Assembly (NCBI RefSeq): GCF_964194025.1 | Contig: NC_134471.1 | Coordinates: 62,434,001-62,498,000 of the forward strand | From: Convolutriloba macropyga | Lineage: Eukaryota | Direction: 5' to 3' | DNA length: 64,000 nt | In this document: positions 12,701 through 24,249 of the stretch, piece by piece | Layout of the letters: every line of letters starts with the position of its first letter | How positions within the stretch are numbered: position 1 is the first letter of the stretch | Translations under genes and position numbers: made by a program | The notes under the pieces: model-generated | Told to the model about the DNA's origin: nothing | Databases searched by the model: none | The model's input: the letters and a program-made list of their open reading frames with translations, nothing else

Positions 12701-13928
12701 CAGAGCGAAATATGGCCATTGGTCAGAAAGAAAAGACCAAAATATGGGTAGTGGCCATACTGGAGAGACCAAAATGCGGATATTCGCTAGATCGAACAGA
12801 GCGAAATATGGGTATGGGAAAGAAAGAACATACCTAAATGTGGGTACTGTCTAGGCCAAACAGAGCGAAATATGGGTACTGGCCATACTGGAGAGACCGA
12901 GATGCAGTTATTCGCTAGACCGACCAGAGACAAATATGGTTATTGCCAGACTGAACAGACCGAAGTGTCGGTATTGACCAGACCGAACAGACCGAAATGT
13001 GGGTATTGGCAAGAAAGAACCGACCGAAATGTGGATACTGTCTAGGTCGAACAGAGCGAAATGTGGGTATTGGCCAGAAAGAAAAGACCAAATTGTGGGT
13101 TATGGCCATACTGGAGAGACCGAAATGCGGATAATCGCTAGACCGAACAGAGCGAAATATGGATATTGGCCAGAAAGAACAGACCTAAATGTGGGTACTG
13201 TCTAGGCCAAACAGAGCAAAATATGGGTACTGGCCATACTGGAGAGACCAAGATGCGGTTATTCGCTAGATCGAACAGAGCGAAATATGGGTATTGGCCA
13301 GAAAGAACATACCTAAATGTGGGTACTGTCTAGGCCGAACAGAGCGAAATATGGGTAGTGGCCATACTGGAGAGACCGAAATGCGGTTATTCGCTAGACC
13401 GAACAGACCGAATTGTGGGTATTGGCCAGAAAGAACCGACTGAGATGTGGGTACTGTCTAGGCAGTAAAGAGCGAAATATGGGTACTGGCCATACAGGAG
13501 AGACCGAAATGCAGATATTCGCTAGACCGAACAGAGCTAAATATGGGTATTGGCCAGAAGGAACAGACCGAAATGTGGATACTGTCTAGGCCGAACAGAG
13601 CGAAATATGGGTACTGGTCATACTGGAGAGACCGGATTGCGGATTTTCGCTAGACCGAACAGACCGAAATGTGGGTATTGGCCAGACTGAACAGACCAAA
13701 GTGGTGATACTGATTAGACCGAACAGAGCCAAATACTGGTATTGACCAGACCGAACAGACCGAAATGTTGTTATTGGCCAGAGCGAACAGACCAAAATTG
13801 CCATTGGCCAGAGGGAAGGGGCAACCCAAAATTTATCCAGACCAGTTGATTGGGTCGCACCGGACCCCCCTGTCCGCGACCCGTTTCGATCTGGACAATA
13901 CCTGTCTTGGTCGCGGAATTCACCCTGG
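9778..13928. mobile_element. Non-autonomous TIR element enclosing a ~4-kb higher-order 32-bp satellite
   Basis: Left end CCAGGATGAAGTTACCGACTCATGACAGGTATCGGCCAGA aligns with the reverse complement of the right end CCAGGGTGAATTCCGCGACCAAGACAGGTATTGTCCAGA (~40-bp imperfect TIR). A short relative of the right end lies at 33435-33599. Confidence 0.65.
9800..13812 (+). repeat. Tandem array of ~125 32-bp monomers (consensus ~GACCGAAATGTGGGTATTGGCCAGAAAGAACA) with higher-order repeats
   Basis: Strict 32-bp period. The diagnostic variant CCATACTGGAGAG recurs mostly every 128 bp, with some 224/96/288/448-bp intervals. Near-identical ORF-track peptides recur at offsets of 384, 767 and 1151 bp. Confidence 0.95.
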
Positions 13929-14284
13929 CGAGAAAAAACTTTTTAGCATACATTGAGATTTCATATTTTGCCACCGTTTTCAGCAAAAACAATTTCATTT
14001 AGCCGATAACTTGGTTTAGTTAATTTCTTTACTTAAAATTTCATGCCAAACCTTCTCACGAGAGGGGTGGTATGAATCACCAATTGAAGCGCTAATCAAC
14101 AGTTAATATTTCAACTCCCACAATTATTAATCCAAGTGACTTTATGTAACTAATTACCAATTAGGTTTTTTTCTTTTCGGCCTAATCAACATGTTATAAT
14201 GTATCACCAAAAACAGTAAGAAGTGCCAGTACTTATACCCGCCTAAAAATACCGTCTAGTAAGTATTGATTGCCTGAAACATAC

Positions 14285-17200
14285 CAAAAACTCTGTAAGT
14301 ATGACGTCTTTTTTTCGCGTCCTTTTTGCCACAAAGATCCAGAACTTCTTCTTTCGGTCTTCGGACCTTTGGCATCTCTGCCAGTGCAATGTCGTTCATC
14401 TTGTTGGAACCATTCAGTTTATATCTGAAACGCAGAGACGCACGAGACATCAAAAGTGCCTAGAAATTTCAGGGTTTTTTTGTCATTCTAGCATTATACA
14501 GCCCCCTGTGAACATAATTGAGGGGCACGAAATAATCGGATTGGGGTTTATAATGGGAAAACCAATTATTTTTTAAACTGAGTAAAAGAAGAATATACGG
14601 GCTCCGAATGTCAAAAACAAATAACTCAATAACTTGATTATTGGCATTGAGCTTGTGCTATTAGTGCATGCATAAAAAGAATCTAGGCATAAATAGATTA
14701 TAAAAAGTATGTTACAGCAAGAGTTCAAAAACCTAGATTGGGGATGGGTCGACTTTTTGCTCTATCATATCGAAAAATGGTTCAAAAATAAAGTTTTTTT
14801 GATATTTTCACTACTTTTGCCTGCTTTCAACACTTTCCAGTTTCATTTTCATCCAACTGATTATTTTGAAAATTGCAAGTATAATTTGAAGGAAGATTAC
14901 AACAAGATCCCACATAATTTAACGCTTTTTAGCGTTGACACCTAGGCCTGGGATCGAATAGCGGTGAATTATTGTTTTTCACCGCATTCACCGCATTTCT
15001 TACATTAATTTGCCATAATAGGCTATGCGGTGAATTTTTGTCAGAAATGCGGTGAATTTGGTGGTGAATTTTTGTAAGAAATGCGGTGAAAAGCGGTGAA
15101 TTATTTTTTTTCTCCGCTTTCACCGCAATCACCGCATTTCTTACGAAAATTCACCAAAAAACCTCGGCCGGGATATAATAATTAATATTTAAATGCTTCG
15201 AAGCCATGTGAAGTGAAAATGTAAACGAAAAGATAAAATTAACCCACTTCGAGTGCTAATTGCCAGACATGAAAATTACATTGCTCCTAACATTTAAAAC
15301 TGCCCTGTAAACAAAAAAAATTCATTTAGAACTGTCAATCACTGTCAATTTATCTTTTATCCATAAAATTGGGGAACTAAACTTGTATGCTTAACCTAGG
15401 TTAAACTAAAGGCGTTACATATAATCGACAAACTTGCCAAATCTAATAGAGATGTGGAAAAATTAATCTTGATCTTCTCCTTTTGTGAAACATCAGACGT
15501 GCACAGGCATAATTCAACGTCCTCTCTCCGAGGTCCCAAAATTTGAAAAATTTTAAAAATTTTATGCGCTCCAGGTGCGCTCGAGATTGTCTGTTGTCAG
15601 TCCATCCCCGACCAAAACTACCTCAGATCAGACTCAACCCAGATCACTGCCAAGAATAGCGAGCGACCAGAGCTCAGACTCAAACCCCCGCTATTTCTTC
15701 ACATTCTGATGTTCTCGAAATTGCTACTGATACAGTGTTGAAAAGATTCTCTGCGCTAAGATAAATATTTATTTTTCACTTATCAGTATTTGAAAATCGA
15801 TTTGACGTACCGCGATACAAATTAAATAGCTGTTCCTGAGAAATTAGACAATAACAATTTATGAAAACTGTTTGTAAGAGGATTTTTTTCTTGTGCAACA
15901 GAACGTTAGCTGCTGTCTTAAAGTATTATCTTGGAAGGTCAAACTTAAGTACCGTATTGGTCTAGTAAATCTTCGAAGTTTCGGCCAAGGTGGTCAACCT
16001 CGGTTACGCCACGAGAAAAACGATATCCTCGTGAAAATTAACTTAAATTTTCATTCAATTGATCACTCAGACAAAACTGAACGAAAACTTGACTGACTAA
16101 TTAGCTCTCAAAAATCTTTCGCAAGGCTGATTAAGAATTAAAAGAACAAATCTGAATAAGATCTGAAGTAATCTTAAGAGTCGCACGAATCAAGTATAAA
16201 GTTGAATGAAACAGATTTATGGGACAACTACATCTTCTCTTTTTTTTCTTTTTCTTTTCAATATCTCTTTTTATTGTTCCGACCCCTCTTGAGGAGGGAG
16301 GAACTATATACTCAAATGGGTTTTTTTGTTCAGACAATTTTCGCCGATCGATATATTCATCGTAGTGTGTTGAGACTGGTACCATTAGAAAGCCCGTCCA
16401 GCGTAGAATATGGAATCAAAAAGATTTTTTTTATTTTTGTTTTTTACAGGGAGTTATCGAGGTTGAAACTTTTGAGAAAATAGAGTGAATTCCGTTGTTT
16501 TTATTCACATTTTCCGGAATTTTCGCCTAATATTTCGTCAATTTTGCTAAAACTTCTTAAAAATTTTAAGAATAGTGTTGTTGATTTTATTTTTAAAGAT
16601 AAAAAATTATTGTTGATTAATTTGATTTATTTTTTGTCAAAAATTTGGGCTAAACATTTCAAAATTCAGCCTTGTTCCACCAAAAACAGCACAAAATAAG
16701 CTCATTTAGTCCACTTTCATTAAATGTGCCGGAAGTACACAGCCAAACAACACTAATACAATCTTTGTAGATCAAAAATGGGTTATTCCTCTTCAACTTC
16801 TGTTGAGAGTGCTCTGTAATTAAAACTTTGCCGTTTTTTGCTAAATTTACTCGTTGATTATCAAATACGCAGAATTTAGTTTTGAGTGTTCCTAAGTGTT
16901 CCTAATGGAGAATAAGCTTTAGCAGGGCTGGTTGTTGACCAATCTTGGACTGTTAAAATCCAAAAAGGAATTGGATTGAAATCAGTCGGTCTTTCTTTAA
17001 ACAAAAATTGATGTTTTTTTTTAATAATTAAAGAACAGAACAAATCAAATCAAAGCTCAGGAGTGATAGATTCAATTGGCATCCTAGGCAGCTCCAAGCT
17101 ATTGCATTTAGTTTTTTAATTGAAAGATTATGATCTTTTTGGGTTTTAAAAATAATTGATGTTTAATTAAATAAGGGCTTAATTAACTTTTCCTCTAATT

Positions 17201-20200
17201 TTTTTCTTAATTTGGCCAACTTGAAGCTTAGCGTCAGCAAAAAAGGAATGCTTCTTCTTTCTACTGATTTAATATTTAATCTCTATTGCGGTTGAAAGCC
17301 TTAAGTTATTGTTTTCTGGCTTTGATTTAACTAGATTTTAGATTTTTTTTATTTTTTTAGATATTTACAGTTTTTCATGTTTTCCAGTTCTGTCACTTTA
17401 TCAAATTATTGACAGCTCTTATATCACATTATTGGTTTTCACAAAGAGGCAAAAGTGAAAAAATTTAAACCCTGAAAAAATAGATTATCATTTTAACGGC
17501 TTCGACACTTCTTTCTCGAAGAGTTTAATTGAATTTTTTAATTTTGTCTTTAACTATCGTTTTTACTTTGTTGTTTTAGTCGTATGAAATTTCCTGTATA
17601 ATGACAGACTTCATTGGCCTTTTAGGCAAGAATAGATTAGCCCATTTTCTGATATTAGTAGATAGCTGATGGCTTCCATGACTTTGAAAGCAATTGTTTT
17701 CGCAAATTTAAAAAAAACTTTAACTTCGCATTTTTTCTTCTTATTGTCTTTTTGTTACCTAATCTCGTTAATTACAGGTAAAATATGACATTATTAGTGT
17801 CAAAGGAAGGTGTCAAAAAAGGGATTGGTGTTTTTAATGATACCAGTCAACTTTCTCTACGGTGAATATATCGATCGGTCAAAACTGTCTGAACAAAAAA
17901 AAACCATTTGAGTATATAGTTCCTCCTCCCACAAGTGCTGTCGGAACAAAAAAATCCACAGGGTACAATAATAGGTACTCTGTTGTTTAATATTTAGTTG
18001 AAAGATTTGGCGACTGTGATAACGAAAGATGGTTCGGTTGTTTAATACGACAGACGAATTGATTTTGCATCAGACAAGAACGACCCCGCCAAAGTCAAGA
18101 ACGACCCCGCCAAAGTTCTATTCTGAAACACACATCAAATTTTTGAAAGATTCTCAAAATCAATTTCACTAATGAAAAACAAAATTATTGTAATAAAAAA
18201 CAATTATAAAATGCCAGTCATTGTGTATGCAACAAAAACTACCGGAGCGCACAAATTTTAATAGCTTAAAGTAGAAAACAAGCCGAAGTTGGGTGAAGAA
18301 ATGAAACGATGTTTCAGCAAATGATTTCTGGAAAAAAAATGGGCAGCAGTAAAAATTTATCAAATGAATCAACATTTTTGTTAAACGTAATGGTTTTTAG
18401 TTATACTTATTAATCTTAGTTACACATTAGTTAATATGACCTATTTAACTCTTATTATACTAGAATTACAAAATACCAATTATTAGACAGGGAAAAACTG
18501 ATATCTGCGGCGGAAAGATTAACTTTTAACTGCACGTCGCCTCAATACCATTTGTTGTTTCTCGCTTGTGTAATTATGGAATTATCGATTGCCATCAAAA
18601 TTTTGTTGGGACATACAAGGCGACTGTCCGATTTCACTAACAAATTAGTCGCAATGCCAATTTTTATTGCTACAATCGCAACTGGACTCTGAAGGTTGTC
18701 TGACGAGTAACATAAGGAAGTGAGAAACTTACTTTTCATGGAATACAAATTTTTGTGTCGGCTCACAATGTTGCTTTCTGCCTGTCGTTTTCGTATAGTC
18801 GTCCAGTAAGATTACTAGACCATCTAGACAAACAAACTTTCTGAATATTAATCAATTCAAACTGAATCAAAGCAGCAAAAATTACTTTTCTTAACCTGAA
18901 ATTTAAATTCTAAATGGAACAGCTCCATTTCACGAAAAAAATGGAGTCGGTTTAACGTACAGACTAGTCGTATCTCAGAGACTGTGGCCGTGGATTCTAA
19001 ATGCAAACTTTAAAAAAATCAGATTAGAATTTTGATTACGCTATCTGATTTGAATCGTCCCATAGTTTAACCCCAAAAGGGGCGTCAAATTGTCACTAAT
19101 TGAGATCCTGATAACACATAAACTGAAACAAAAAATCAAAATTTGGAAACCTTTAACAAATTCAGACTCTTCTGAAATGATTTTTTAACTCTCATGTGTC
19201 GTAGCAATATAAATTTTGATAATCATTCACCTCTGGTTTAGAGAAAACGTTTGGGTGGTTTCCGGCGAATTTTATATTGAGAAATTTTTTGGAGTTAAAT
19301 TAGTGAGTTAATTTAATTTCCTTATTTCTTCTAAGAAATTTTTCCTCTAAAGAAAAAAGTGACTGGTTCCAAAAATAACATCTGAATGAACAATGAGATT
19401 TTGATGCCAAAATATAAAAATGCATATATTTCAATTATTTTCATCTAATTGATTTTTGTAATTTACTGTTGCCCAATCTAAGCACCCAAAGTATTTCAAT
19501 AAAAAATTAAGAATGTACAAAAAGTTTCTGCTTCTTATCACCCCAATTTGTATAACCCTATAATTTAACCCTGTATATAATCAGCCCTCAGTCATTTAAC
19601 CCAGCAAATTATTCACCCCGAAATTAATTTAACACCGAATTATATTTTAAAATCTATTTCGGCGTCCAAAAGAATGATTAGCAAAGCTAGAGTTCATAGG
19701 ACTCAATTAACACAAAACTACTGACCTTCAAGAGCGCGGCATTTAACAACTTTGTGAAATTGAAGAAAAATGACGAGACGACTCTTTAGTGCAATGCCTT
19801 TGATCGAAAAAGAACCTTTGACAAGTCTGAATTTTTTTGCACTTTGATTTGAAAAACCAGTACGTACAAAATATCATTTATTAGACTAGAAAAAAAGCAA
19901 CTCAATTTAGGATTGTTTTTTAAAAGAAGAAAGCATGTTCACTCTACAAGTCTCATTTTTGAGGAAATATTAAACTGTTCAATTTCTGTTCTGAAATTGC
20001 TGTGATCTTTTTTGCTGCTGAAACAGTATAGATCTTCCAGCCAGCCAAACTGATATCTGCAGATGAACCATTTTAACTTTTAAATGCACGTTGCCTCTTT
20101 ACCATACGTTCTTTATTTCTCCTGTGTAATTATGGAAACCAACAAAGTTTCGATTGCCATCAATATTTCGTAGGGATATAACAGGCGGCTGTCCAATTTC

Positions 20201-21734
20201 AATTAAAAATTGGTCGCAATACTAATTTTTCTTAAATGAAAGGATGTAAACGTAAAAGATAAAGCTATTCTCTGAGCAGACAAAAGTGAGCAAATCAAAG
20301 CGAAATGTGTTCGTGTGTTAAGAATTAGCCAAGAATTTGCAATGAAATCCAGATTGATGTTTTTGCTAGCAGCAATGTTGAGCACGTTTCATATCTAAAT
20401 GCTGCAAAACCGTGCTCCTGATTGGGTTCCATCAACGGGCTAACGTCTGGGATAGAATTTAATAATGAGTCACGGTAGGAGGCTTCGATGTAACTCCGTG
20501 AGGAGTCAAGGAGGGCCCAACTGAAAAACATTAAAAAGGATTTCATTTTTAAATTAACACGAAAACACATATACACAACAGTATTTCAAATACAGAACCA
20601 AGTCAAACTGACAACAGCCCTGAAAAAATAAAAAAATGAGTATCAGTTTCATTCCTGTAAATCGCCATCAAGTTCTGCACTTTTTTTCAAGCTCTCATAC
20701 TGTTTCTTTCTTCTTTGGGTATTTTTGTGCGGATGAGGCGTCCAAAAATTTTAATTTTGCACCAAATTGTCTGTTTAAAGATTAGACAAAAATTTCTAGG
20801 TTCCTTGGTGGGATCCGCGGAACAAGGTTTGTAGTTTTGCTTATAACTATTGAGTCGTTAGCTTTATTTCCCTGACAATTATGATCCATGAAACCGTTCA
20901 AAATAAGTGCAATTTGAAACCTCAACAGAAGCGCAATCTGATTTTTTTCTATATCATAACAGTATATCCAAAGTCAAAGTCATTACATTTCAGATTATTA
21001 AAGTTAAAATTAAACAAAAATTGACGCTGAAATTTTTTCTCGAGAACTCATTCATTGTAACAGCAGTGGGTTTTGGTCTGTTAATTGTAAAAAAAATCTG
21101 TTATTTTTCTTACTGACTGTGCTTTCTGTGAATATTTTACATTTTGCGATTGTTTTCTCTGGCAGTATTTTGTAAAGTCAGCTCACATTGCAAGGCTAGA
21201 TTCATAAATAAATGAAAACGTATATTTTCATTTATGAAAACGTATAGAACGTATGTTCTTTTTCAAAAAATCCTATTTTAAGGATGATAACCAAATATTA
21301 GAGTATACTACACAGCTGCTTAATGCTTGATTTTTTCTCTGATAATCCGAACTATCAAAAAGGTAATGCTTTTTTTTCAACTTGATAAAAATAAACTTGA
21401 TAAGTACAAAAGATTCTGTTTGATAATTACAGTGTGCATGGTAGTTGGGGTCGTTTTCATCAATGTACACACAATGTGCTGCAGTAAGAACGTGTCTGTC
21501 TGATATCAGAGTCCCACCGCACGAATTTTTCAATATCGGTTGTCCCCCATTTGGTACAAGTTTAAACAGCATTACAACCACAAAGAAATCGGACCGTTGA
21601 CTTGGCTCGACTAGGTTGCCATTTATGATTCGTTCAGTTATGTATGCACTGGCCGATGTCTCGTTGCCCGTGTGCCCGCTGGCAAATGAAAGAGCTAAGG
21701 CAACCAGAACCACTATTTCCGACCACGAAGACAT
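14285..21734 (-). CDS. Secreted trypsin-family (S1A) serine protease, gene 1, partial: exon1 21734-21431, exon2 18823-18733, exon3 14424-14285; later exons not found in window
   Basis: Exon1 encodes a signal peptide (MSSWSEIVVLVALALSFASG), activation site TER|IING, and CGGTLISDRHVLTAAHC (catalytic His), with donor T|gtaatt. Exon2 has acceptor tgtctag|, encodes (Y)GLVILLDDYTKTTGRKQHCEPTQKFVFHEK, and ends at donor gtaagt. Exon3 has acceptor tttcag|, encodes YKLNGSNKMNDIALAEM...LCGK...YRVF(G) (catalytic Asp), and ends at donor gtatgt. Phases 1/2/1 join in frame and match gene 2. Confidence 0.85.
14945..15171. repeat. Palindromic GCGGTGAA/TTCACCGC MITE-like element (copy 2), ending ...CCTCGGCCGGG
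   Basis: Same motif architecture and orientation as 9470-9770, with a GGG terminus. Confidence 0.7.
16274..17949. mobile_element. Non-autonomous long-TIR element with hairpin-containing termini, copy A (internally deleted)
   Basis: Starts TTGTTCCGACCCCTCTTGAGGAGGGAGGAACTATATACTCAAATGG and ends ...CCATTTGAGTATATAGTTCCTCCTCCCACAAGTGCTGTCGGAACAA (~110-bp inverted match). Its body is the reverse complement of 24780-26363. Confidence 0.8.
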
Positions 21735-22379
21735 TAGTGGTGCCAAATTGTATCTGAAAATTGGGAAAACATTTAACTACTCCTAAAATTGGTGATTGAA
21801 TTATCAACTGTACAAAACTTCTTCATTTTCCTTGAGTCCAACCCTCCATGGAATGTAGATTAGGAAATGCATACCAGCCATGCAGTTTTTTGTCCATTTA
21901 ATTTTGACCGATAGATGATGTACTTTGAGGATCGAGAAATTTAATAGTGGTACCAATAACATCCCTAAAGACTGAATCGATTATTGTAGAGCTATATACA
22001 TTTTTTGAATTAAAAATGCAACGTTGTTAACTTTTACTTGGCTTAAAAGTCTCGACTTAGAATAGGTTGGAAATAAATTCTACATAACCTAGCCCAGCAA
22101 TTTATTTTTGAATTCTAAATAATTTAATGTCAATATATTTAATTATTCATTTCAAAGGCGACCTGTCCCTCAGAGTCCGATCTAGAAAACGTAGAAAAAC
22201 AAGCCATCAATAAGGATTAAAAAATTTCAAACAGCCCGAGAGAATATTATAGAAGTTTACACCCTAACAGCACCGATCGACAAAGACTGCGATAGTCTAC
22301 TGCAGGCCAAGACAGCCATAAGAATAGAAATAGTGATTGTATGATAAGATGACCGTAGTTCTCTAGGATTAGTGATTTG

Positions 22380-23365
22380 TAATAATAATAATAAATTGTT
22401 TACGGATTACGCATGATACAAACGGGCATTTACATAATTTATTAATTTTCAAATGTTACATGCGCTCCGAAAGGACACCATTGACCCCTATGGATCGTTT
22501 TCAGGCGCCTTTGTGATGAAGATAAACAAAAGAGTTTGTCGGGTTTATGCAGGGAAAAGGACTACTATTTGTCTAAAAAAAAGTTTCAAATAAAACCAAA
22601 ACACAATTCTTGGATTTAAACGGCAGTATACAACTTACAAATCTCGATCGTTCCAATAAGCCAAAAATATAGTTTTTTATGTCTAAAGAACCAATAACAT
22701 AGTTTTTAAGGAAATTTGTAGCGAAAATTTTAACCTGTTTTTCTTTCATTTTTCACAGGCTTTTGAAAAAAGTAGGATCTAAACCAAGCAAGCAGTTGCA
22801 TAGTTTTCTCAACCTTACTGTAATTGAGCAATTACTTAGTTTAGGGTAACTCACTTTAAGTTGTTTTTTTGTTTTTCTCATCCCATCAATTTCAATCAGC
22901 TCTTTTTCTGCGATTGCTTTTTTCAGTTGTTCGACATTGCATTCTTTTCGTATCACTTTTATCAGCAACTTTAGCAGTTCGTAAATATGGAGTTCTTGTG
23001 TGCTGTAGATGTTGTCTTCTTCTCGTATTTTTTTAGTTGACTCAAATTTTTTCTTAAAAAAGATTATTCTAAGCAATCTGTTTACTTTGTTATCAATAGG
23101 CTGTAGAATGCTTTTTGTCGTCGACCCATAAGCTATGACTCCGTACTGTATGATTGGCTGTACATAAGTCTTATAGACTCTTATCATATGCGATACTTTT
23201 AGGAACTTTCTCAGACTATAAAACATAGCAGTGAACTAGTTCAGCTTATTCTGGATAATATTGCTATGTTCGGAAAAGCTTAAACGGTGATATAGAATGA
23301 TGCCTAAATACTTGAAACTGTTTACATTTTCTATTTTTTCCGCGTAAAGTGAAAAGCCGTCAAAA
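22380..23365 (-). mobile_element. 5'-truncated non-LTR retrotransposon (CR1/L2-group-like), C-terminal ORF2 plus 3' UTR
   Basis: 'IENVNSFKYLGIILYHRLSFSEH...KLN' followed by 'FYSLRKFL...YKTYVQPIIQYGVIAYGST' is the typical post-RT region of this group. The 3' UTR has a GC-rich stem and a (TTA)n tail near 22380-22395. Confidence 0.8.
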
Positions 23366-24249
23366 TTTGTAATTTGGACACTTTGATATATTCGTTTTCC
23401 TAGACAATAGTTTGACCCGGGACTTCGCATGCAAATGAAGGTTCAGAGCCGAAACAGGAGGAAATGAAAATCATGAACTGTGGGACCGACAAAGACAATA
23501 GACGAGTACGTTCTCTTTTGGTTACTTGTTTGTCTTTCAGAACATGAAAAGAATTTTTGTTGTAGGTCTCTTGAATTTTGTTTTAAATGTAATTTGTTAC
23601 CTAAGGATGCGACACGCTGTCGAGCAAACCGTTGACATAACTAGTGTTCCAACTGGCAAAAAAATCAACTAATGGCCAACGTATGTCACTATTCCTGGTA
23701 TTTTTTTCTATAAAAGTAACAAGGCGGCTCGTTAATGTGCGATCGCACATAAAGTTCCGACCCCGCTCATCCACAATTTTGGCATAATTGTCTATCAAAT
23801 GAGGAGCAGATGGAAAAACACAAAAAATTCAAGTATATCTCAAAAAAAAACTGGTGGATGAACGAAAAGATAGCCTCCAAAGCAAATAACTCAGTGGAGT
23901 GAAAAATGATGCATTAGATATATGAGATATGCCAATACTGAGAAAGCGAGTCAAGAAAAACAGCAAAATAAAACAACAACAACAAACATTAATTACATCA
24001 AAAAAATTTATGTCCGTTTTAAAAAACAAAAATTAGTAACAAAGACAAATAGCGTCAGATAAAACTGAAAATAAACAAAATAACTTGTAATTCACCAGAA
24101 AAAAATGGTTATTCACCAGTTCATAATAAAGCTTGGTAACAAATAGAGAAAAAAGAACAGAAACTTTAAAGTCAGAAAATTCGCTGAATTTAAAAAAAAA
24201 ACAATTAATTTCAAAGTAATGGAAACCATTAGGAATCAACTACAATATC

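Noticed and set aside
9800-13812. CRISPR array, or repeat-protein CDS, in the 32-bp array
   Set aside because: Monomers abut directly and variants recur, so there are no unique spacers. No cas genes are present and the context is eukaryotic. A 32-bp unit shifts frame each copy, so the many short ORFs are artefacts.
18075-18116. Exact 21-bp tandem duplication CAAGAACGACCCCGCCAAAGT (similar small duplications near 1045, 57940, 63905)
   Set aside because: Ordinary slippage or repair duplications with no evidence of function.
20325-20576. Candidate exon 2 of gene 1 (good-looking acceptor at 20521)
   Set aside because: The open frame is incompatible with the phase-1 donor of exon 1 and shows no protease similarity; 18823-18733 fits both phase and homology.
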